Shown: positions 58,352-64,000 of the stretch, one piece after another
Layout of the letters: every line of letters starts with the position of its first letter
Numbering within the stretch: the stretch's first letter is position 1
NCBI GenBank assembly: GCA_020439505.1
Contig: JAGQSO010000036.1
Span: forward strand, 13,393 to 77,392
DNA from: Acidimicrobiales bacterium
Lineage (GTDB): Bacteria; Actinomycetota; Acidimicrobiia; Acidimicrobiales; Iamiaceae
Direction: 5' to 3'
Length of the DNA: 64,000 nucleotides
Made by a program: the position numbers and the translations under genes
Notes under the pieces: generated by a model
The model's database searches: none
The model's input: only the letters and a program-made list of their open reading frames with translations
What the model was told of the DNA's origin: nothing

Positions 58352-60057
58352 TTCTCTGTCTCTCTTTCCAGGAGCTCGCGGAGCTCGAACTTCATCACCT
58401 TGCCGCCGGCGTTGAACGGCAAGGCGTCGACCACCCGCACGATGCGGGGGACCTTGTAGTTGGCCATGTGGTCACGTGCCCAGGCCACGATCTCGGCCGG
58501 ATCGGGCGTGGTGCCGGTGGCGGCCACCACGAAGGCGGCGCCGACCTCCCCCAGGCGTTCGTCGGCCACGCCCACCACCGCCACCTGGGCGATGTGGGGG
58601 TGGGCCAGCAGGAGGTTCTCGATCTCGGCCGGGTAGGCGTTGAACCCGCCGGAGATGAACAGGTCCTTCTTGCGGTCGGTGATGCGGAGGTAGCCCCGCT
58701 CGTCCATCACCCCGACGTCTCCGGTGTGGAGCCAGCCGTCGGCATCGATGGTCTCGGCGGTGGCCTCGGGGTTCTCGAAGTAGCCGGCCATCACGTTGTA
58801 GCCCCGCACCACGACCTCACCGGCTTCACCGGCGACCATCTCCTCACCGTGGTCGTCGACCACCTTCACCTCGATTCCGGGCATGGCCCGCCCCGAGGTG
58901 GTGGCGATGGTGACGGCATCGTCGCCGCGGCGGCACATGGTGGCGAAGCCGCAGGCTTCGGTGAGCCCGTAGGCGGTGATCACGGTGTCGAAACCGAGGT
59001 CGGTGTGCATCTGCTCGATCAGGGCGACCGGCACGCTGGCCGCACCGGTGACGGCCAGACGCAGAGTGGACGAGTCGAGCTGGGCCCGGTCGGGGTGGTT
59101 CAAGATGGTCTGGTAGAGGGTGGGCGGTCCCGGGACCATCGAGATGCGCTGTTCGGCTATGAGGCGCATGGCCTCGGGCACGTCGAACACCGGCATCGGC
59201 ACCAGCACGCAGCCGGTCGCCAGCCAGGCCACGATCCCGGCCTTGTAGCCGAAGGAGTGGAAGAACGGGTTGATGGCCAGGTACCGGTCGTCCTCGTTCA
59301 GTCCGACCACGTTGGCCCAGGTGGCCACGGTGCGCAGCACCTGGCTGTGGTCGCAGATGACGCCCTTGGGCTTGCCGGTGGTTCCCGACGTGAACAACAG
59401 GTCGGCGGTGTCGGTCGGCTGGACCTGCCCGCGCCGCTCAACCACCTGGCCGACGGTGACCCCGGCTGTTTCGGCTCCGGCGAGGAACTCCTCCCACGTC
59501 TCGGTTGGCACCGGAGCACCCGGGCCGTTGGAGTCGGCCTCGGCCCGCAGGACCACGATCCGCTCCAGGTGGGGAAGGTCATGGCCAGCCAGCATGGCCG
59601 GGTAGTGGTTGCCGAGGAACCCGTCGACGGTGACCAGGATCCGAGCCCGGCTCCGCTCGATGATGTCGGCGGCCTCGGCCCCCTTGTAGCGGGTGTTGAG
59701 CGGGACCAGTACCGCCCCCACGCTCTGGAGTCCAAAGAGGGCGATCACCCATTCGGCGCAGTTGGGCGCCCACACCGCAACCCGGTCGCCTCGTTCGATG
59801 CCGGCGGCCAGGTAGGCGGCGGCGGCCCGATCGGTCTCACGGGCCACGTCGGCCCAGGTCCAGGTTCGGAACCCGCCCGCCCCGTCCTGATCGACGATGG
59901 CCACCCGGTCACCGAGCCGTCCGGCAACGTCCATCACCGCAGCAGGGATGGTCGCCCACCGAAGGTCCGCCCGCGGATCGTCCCCGTCACCCCCGCCGCC
60001 CATGTCGCCCATGTCGCCAGCGGCGCCAACACCGTCCCCATCAAACTCAGTCGTCAT
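58348..60057 (-). CDS. fadD3: Acyl-CoA ligase, FadD3-like
   Basis: FTSGTTGKPKG, NPFFHSFGYKAG, TAYGLTE, GGFNAYPAEIE, ANYKVP. Confidence 0.8.
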   Translation of the reverse strand: MTTEFDGDGVGAAGDMGDMGGGGDGDDPRADLRWATIPAAVMDVAGRLGDRVAIVDQDGAGGFRTWTWADVARETDRAAAAYLAAGIERGDRVAVWAPNCAEWVIALFGLQSVGAVLVPLNTRYKGAEAADIIERSRARILVTVDGFLGNHYPAMLAGHDLPHLERIVVLRAEADSNGPGAPVPTETWEEFLAGAETAGVTVGQVVERRGQVQPTDTADLLFTSGTTGKPKGVICDHSQVLRTVATWANVVGLNEDDRYLAINPFFHSFGYKAGIVAWLATGCVLVPMPVFDVPEAMRLIAEQRISMVPGPPTLYQTILNHPDRAQLDSSTLRLAVTGAASVPVALIEQMHTDLGFDTVITAYGLTEACGFATMCRRGDDAVTIATTSGRAMPGIEVKVVDDHGEEMVAGEAGEVVVRGYNVMAGYFENPEATAETIDADGWLHTGDVGVMDERGYLRITDRKKDLFISGGFNAYPAEIENLLLAHPHIAQVAVVGVADERLGEVGAAFVVAATGTTPDPAEIVAWARDHMANYKVPRIVRVVDALPFNAGGKVMKFELRELLERETEK

Positions 60058-60089
60058 CAAGTCCTCCCGACCCCGTCGGCCGCGTGTCT

Positions 60090-60210
60090 GTTCTTGGGCA
60101 GAAAGTGGTCGCCAGCCAGCCAGAACTCGCCCCAGAACCGACCCGGTTCGGACGCCCGCCCATACTCGGGCAAGAAGTGGTCGTCGATCGACCGGTTCTT
60201 GCTCAAGAAC
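60090..60210. repeat. Two related REP-like hairpin units
   Basis: GGGCAGAAAGTGGTCG and GGGCAAGAAGTGGTCG cores, each closed by an inverted arm (..CCCAGAAC, ..TTCTTGCTC). Confidence 0.55.
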
Positions 60211-60832
60211 TGACTCCCGACCAGGCGGCCACCAGGTCATCCACGGTGGTGAGGGTGGCCAGCAGGGCCAAGGTGTTGTCGATCACTGCGTCGGCGTAGG
60301 CGGCGGGGATGCCGCACACCGCGTCTCGGGGGAGGACCACCTGGTAGCCATGGTTGACGGCGTCCATCACCAGGTTGGTGACAGCCACGTTCACCGAAAC
60401 GCCCGTTACCACCACGGTCTTGACCCCGAGGTTGCGCAGGACAGGGTCGAGGTCGGTGCCGGCCATCGGGTTGAGCCCATGGAGGCGGGTGAGCACCAGG
60501 TCCTCGGGCTCGGGGCCCAGGGCCGAGACCACGTCGGCCTCGAGTGAGCCGGGCAACAACGCCACCGGTGACTTCTTCACCGCGGCGAACAGGCGGGCGT
60601 TGGTGTTGGAACCCGCGGCGTCGGCCCGTCGGGCCGCGGTGGCATGGATCACCCGCACCCCGGCGGGACGGGCTGCGCCGAGCAACACCGCGAGGCGCTC
60701 CACCATGGGACCGGCCGCTTCGGCCAAGGCCGGCAGGGCCGATCGCTCCCCCACCACCCCGTTCTGCACCTCAGAGGTGACGACGGCGGTGTGCGCGGGA
60801 TCCGCAAGGGTGGACAGATCAAGCGGTGCCAT
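60203..60832 (-). CDS. Cysteine hydrolase (isochorismatase family), catalytic residues altered
   Basis: Fold motifs present but SEVQN, TRLHG and GVSVNVAV replace the usual D, K and C. Confidence 0.8.
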   Translation of the reverse strand: MAPLDLSTLADPAHTAVVTSEVQNGVVGERSALPALAEAAGPMVERLAVLLGAARPAGVRVIHATAARRADAAGSNTNARLFAAVKKSPVALLPGSLEADVVSALGPEPEDLVLTRLHGLNPMAGTDLDPVLRNLGVKTVVVTGVSVNVAVTNLVMDAVNHGYQVVLPRDAVCGIPAAYADAVIDNTLALLATLTTVDDLVAAWSGVSS

Positions 60833-60848
60833 GAGCCGACCACCGTAT

Positions 60849-60863
60849 CTGACGGCGTGTCAG
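60849..60863. promoter_or_regulatory. Operator
   Basis: atCTGACGgcgTGTCAGa abutting a -10-like TACGGT. Confidence 0.8.
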
Positions 60864-60882
60864 ACGCGAATGACGACGGAGC

Positions 60883-61413
60883 TCAGAACGGCTTGAGGAC
60901 CATGTCGAGGAGGATCAGGGCGAACAGGAGGTGGAGGATTCCGCCGAACATGGCGGCCTTCTTGCCGCGTTCTTGAAGCTCAACCAACTGCGGAGGTGGG
61001 CCTCCCTGGGGCGGCCCGGCCGCCGCCATCTCGCGTTGGAGGTTCAGCATTGCCCTCAGGTTGGGGTAGTGCAGCCCCAACGACACGCCGATCGCAACGA
61101 TGTAGAGGGTCATGGCGATGCTGATCCAGGTGTCGGAGAACTCCCAGTAGGCGGGATCGGCGGTCGCTCCCAGGATCACCAGCAGCAATCCAGATCCCCC
61201 GGCGGCCCAGATGAACGGTGCACTCAGGACATGGCCGGCCTCGTCGATCATCTCGCTGACCTTGAGCATCAGCCCGGGATCACCGCTGTTGCGCGCCTTC
61301 ACGCTCAGTACCGGCCACACGAACGTGGAACCGAACCCAACGATCGAAGCGAAGATGTGGACGAACACGACCAACTCGTAGATCGTCGAGTCAGGCGACA
61401 CAGCCAGGATCAT
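60883..61413 (-). CDS. DUF2269-like membrane protein
   Basis: FVHIFASIVGFG, four TM helices, C-terminal MVLKPF. Confidence 0.78.
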   Translation of the reverse strand: MILAVSPDSTIYELVVFVHIFASIVGFGSTFVWPVLSVKARNSGDPGLMLKVSEMIDEAGHVLSAPFIWAAGGSGLLLVILGATADPAYWEFSDTWISIAMTLYIVAIGVSLGLHYPNLRAMLNLQREMAAAGPPQGGPPPQLVELQERGKKAAMFGGILHLLFALILLDMVLKPF

Positions 61414-61514
61414 CTCGGCGCTCCGTTCCTAGGGCTCGACGGCGCCGTCGCGCCGACGCAGGGAGACTAACGACGCTGGACTGTGACAGGGTTGGATACC
61501 GGTTCCGGTGGTTT

Positions 61515-61552
61515 CTGACGGCTCGTCAGGTTATTATCTGACGGACCGTCAG
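61515..61552. promoter_or_regulatory. Two perfect tandem operators
   Basis: CTGACGgctCGTCAG (61515-29) and CTGACGgacCGTCAG (61538-52) flanking TATTAT; extra half-site at 61556. Confidence 0.9.
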
Positions 61553-61602
61553 AAACTGACGGAGGCCACCCCAGCACCTGCTGCCCCACCGAAGGGATTC
61601 CC

Positions 61603-62841
61603 ATGGGCGAGTTGCCGAAGATCATCAGCGTCGACGACCACGTTGTCGAGCCGGCCCACGTCTGGCAGACCTGGCTGCCCGAGAAGTTCCGAGCCGACGG
61701 CCCCCGCGTGGAACGACGCGGCATCGGCCACATGAAGCACATCGGCGGCGGCGCCTACGAACAGACCTTCGACCCCGACGGGCCCCAGGCCGACTGCTGG
61801 GTGTTCGGCGACGTCGTGTACATCCAGAAGCGTCATGTCGCCTCGGTCGGTTACAGCCGCGACGAGATGACCATGACGCCCATGACCTACGAGGAGATGC
61901 GGCCGGGGTGCTACGACCCCAAGGCCCGGGTCGAGGACATGAAGATGAACCACACCGAGGCGTCGCTGTGCTTCCCCAGCTTCCCCCGCTTCTGTGGCCA
62001 GACCTTCACCGAACACCCCGACCGTGAGATGGGGCTGGCCTGCGTCAAGGCCTACAACGACTGGATGGTCGAGGAGTGGTGCGGCGACTCCGACGGCGCC
62101 CTGATCCCGCTGATCATCGTCCCCCTGTGGGATGCAGAGCTGGCCGCCGCCGAGGTGCGCCGCAACGCCGAGCGCGGCGTGACCGCGGTGTGCTTCAGCG
62201 AGGTACCCGCCCACCTCGGCCTGGAGTCGATCCACAGCGGTTTCTGGGAACCGTTCTTCGCCGCCTGCGAAGAGACCGACATGGGCATCCACATGCACAT
62301 CGGATCTTCCTCCCGCATGCCCGCCACCTCACCCGACGCCCCCGTCGCGGTGGCGGCGTCGCTGTCGTTCAACAACTCGATGGCGTCGATGACCGACTGG
62401 ATCTTCAGCGGAAACCTGGTCAAGTTCCCCAACCTCAAGCTGGCCTACAGCGAAGGCCAGATCGGGTGGATCCCCTACATGCTCGAGCGCATCGACAACG
62501 TGTGGCGCGAGCACCGGGCCTGGGGCGGCGTGAAGGACACCATCCCCGAGCCGCCCAGCACCTACTACTACCGGAACATCTACGGCTGCTTCTTCCGGGA
62601 CAACTTCGGTCTCACCGCGCTGGACGTCATCGGCGAGGACAACGTCACCTTCGAGACCGACTACCCCCACACCGACTCGACGTGGCCCGACTCCAAGGAG
62701 GTCGCCACCAAGATGGTGGAGGGACTCACCGAGCAGCAGATCTACAAGATCATGCGGGGCAACGCCATCCGCCTGCTCAACTTGGACCTCGACAAGGACA
62801 TTCCGACGCCCGAACGCGCCCCCGCTGGGCCCCGCAACTGA
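61603..62841 (+). CDS. Amidohydrolase family 2 protein (paralog B)
   Basis: IISVDDHVVEP, HMHIGSSS, FETDYPHTDSTWP. Confidence 0.92.
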   Translation: MGELPKIISVDDHVVEPAHVWQTWLPEKFRADGPRVERRGIGHMKHIGGGAYEQTFDPDGPQADCWVFGDVVYIQKRHVASVGYSRDEMTMTPMTYEEMRPGCYDPKARVEDMKMNHTEASLCFPSFPRFCGQTFTEHPDREMGLACVKAYNDWMVEEWCGDSDGALIPLIIVPLWDAELAAAEVRRNAERGVTAVCFSEVPAHLGLESIHSGFWEPFFAACEETDMGIHMHIGSSSRMPATSPDAPVAVAASLSFNNSMASMTDWIFSGNLVKFPNLKLAYSEGQIGWIPYMLERIDNVWREHRAWGGVKDTIPEPPSTYYYRNIYGCFFRDNFGLTALDVIGEDNVTFETDYPHTDSTWPDSKEVATKMVEGLTEQQIYKIMRGNAIRLLNLDLDKDIPTPERAPAGPRN

Positions 62842-62907
62842 GCGAACCCGCCGTTTGCACTGCGTGAGGTGATGGTCCACCAGACCGACGTCTCCGCCCA
62901 GCAGAAT

Positions 62908-62945
62908 CGATGGTGGCCGGGTCAACGGCGACCCGGCCACCATCG
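62908..62945. terminator. Perfect 16-bp stem-loop
   Basis: CGATGGTGGCCGGGTC-aacggc-GACCCGGCCACCATCG downstream of the amidohydrolase; no U-tract. Confidence 0.6.
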
Positions 62946-63047
62946 CGTTCACGGCCCAGTCCACACCCGACCTGCACGTTGTGACCTCGCGATCATCTGG
63001 CCGATGGGGATCGCGGTCCACCTGACCCGAAGGTACCGTCACCACCG

Positions 63048-63878
63048 ATGACCGACACCCCCGCCGCCACCGACCCGACCGCCGACCTGACCACGCTGTT
63101 GTACGAACAGCGCGGCGCGGTGGCCTGGATCACCCTCAACCGGCCCGAGCGCTACAACGCCTTCAACAAGGTGCTGTGCGACGAACTGTCGGCCCTGTGG
63201 CGTCATCTGCGCACCGACGACTCGGTTCGAGCCGTGGTCCTGACCGCCGCGGGAGACAAGGCGTTCTGTACCGGCATAGACCGTGACTTCGTACCGGCCG
63301 AAGGCGGAGCGACATATGACTTCACCCCCTTCACCTATGACGACCCGGGCCAGCTCCTCGGCCCCAAGGCCAACGACCTCTGGAAGCCGGTGGTTTGCGC
63401 GGTGAACGGCATGGCCTGCGGCGGTGCGTTCTACCTGTTGGGCGAGGTCGACATCATCGTGGCCGCCGACCACGCCACCTTCTTCGACCCGCACGTCACC
63501 TACGGCATGCCCGCGGTCTACGAGCCTCTCCTGATGCTTCACCGCGGCATGCCCTTCGGGGAGATCCTGCGCATGACCCTGCTCGGCAACCACGAGCGGA
63601 TGTCGGCGGAACGCGCTCACCAGATCGGACTGGTGAGCGAGGTCTGTCCGTCGGCGGACCTGGCCGAGCGAGCGGGCTGGCTGGCCGACGCCATCGCGTC
63701 GGCGCCCACCCGCCCCATGCAGGCCACCCTGCGCACCCTGTGGGCCGGACGGGAACTGACCCGCCGCCAGGCACTCGACCTGGGCAACACGTTCCTGAAC
63801 CTGGGCATGAACGAGGAGGACCTGGCCGAGGGACAGAGGACCTTCGCCGCCGGGCGGGTCGAACCAAGGGTCCGCTGA
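63048..63878 (+). CDS. Enoyl-CoA hydratase/isomerase
   Basis: LNRPERYNA, AFCTGID, VNGMACGG, FFDPHV. Confidence 0.9.
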   Translation: MTDTPAATDPTADLTTLLYEQRGAVAWITLNRPERYNAFNKVLCDELSALWRHLRTDDSVRAVVLTAAGDKAFCTGIDRDFVPAEGGATYDFTPFTYDDPGQLLGPKANDLWKPVVCAVNGMACGGAFYLLGEVDIIVAADHATFFDPHVTYGMPAVYEPLLMLHRGMPFGEILRMTLLGNHERMSAERAHQIGLVSEVCPSADLAERAGWLADAIASAPTRPMQATLRTLWAGRELTRRQALDLGNTFLNLGMNEEDLAEGQRTFAAGRVEPRVR

Positions 63879-63913
63879 CACCACGAGGCAACGAGCAACG
63901 CGAGTCGAACGCC

Positions 63914-64000
63914 TCACGTCACCACGCCCGCCACCGCGCGCCCCAGTTCCGGGGCGAGGTCGCCCGCCGGTTCCACCACCACCCCCTCCAGGCCCAAGAA
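63914..64000 (-). CDS. C-terminal end of a gene entering from the right edge
   Basis: Frame FLGLEGVVVEPAGDLAPELGRAVAGVVT-stop. Confidence 0.45.
   Translation of the reverse strand, partial: FLGLEGVVVEPAGDLAPELGRAVAGVVT

Noticed and set aside
60195-60210. KstR2 box near fadD3 (GTTCTTGCTCAAGAAC)
   Set aside because: Half-sites are in the opposite order (CTTG-nn-CAAG) and it is part of a REP-like hairpin
58468-60213. Long antisense ORFs such as 581 aa here, 33589-35025 and 36085-37428
   Set aside because: Shadow frames opposite well-supported genes, typical of high-GC DNA
62869-63051. 60-aa ORF before the last crotonase
   Set aside because: Runs through a strong hairpin and has no protein-like features

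Overview
GC-rich actinobacterial chromosome segment; gene content and style suggest Acidimicrobiia (inference). 1-9 kb: housekeeping and stress genes (nadD, an atypical group-2 sigma70 with a SigH/SigR-type promoter, class II DAHP synthase, sir-cysH, an ECF sigma with a neocarzinostatin-domain partner). About 10-32 kb and 55-64 kb: a fragmented steroid C/D-ring (HIP) catabolic gene set (fadA6, fadE30/31/32-like, ipdA, ipdB, ipdC, ipdF, echA20, fadD3-like) interleaved with uncharacterised SDRs, F420-dependent LLM oxidoreductases and amidohydrolases. Main observation: a 15-bp palindrome CTGACG-N3-CGTCAG recurs 14 times at 12 loci, always at promoter or start positions, including two copies over the start of a TetR gene that does not look like KstR2. 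This suggests a non-KstR2 regulon for C/D-ring catabolism with extra, unassigned enzymes. Also seen: one canonical KstR box, a 78-bp-period leader repeat encoding a coupled micro-ORF, a stand-alone C2H2 zinc-finger microprotein, a cupredoxin/beta-helix/DUF1996 exported module, a VapBC pair and small repeat or mobile-like intergenic elements. No rRNA, tRNA, CRISPR array or transposase was recognised. All calls were made by eye, without database searches.
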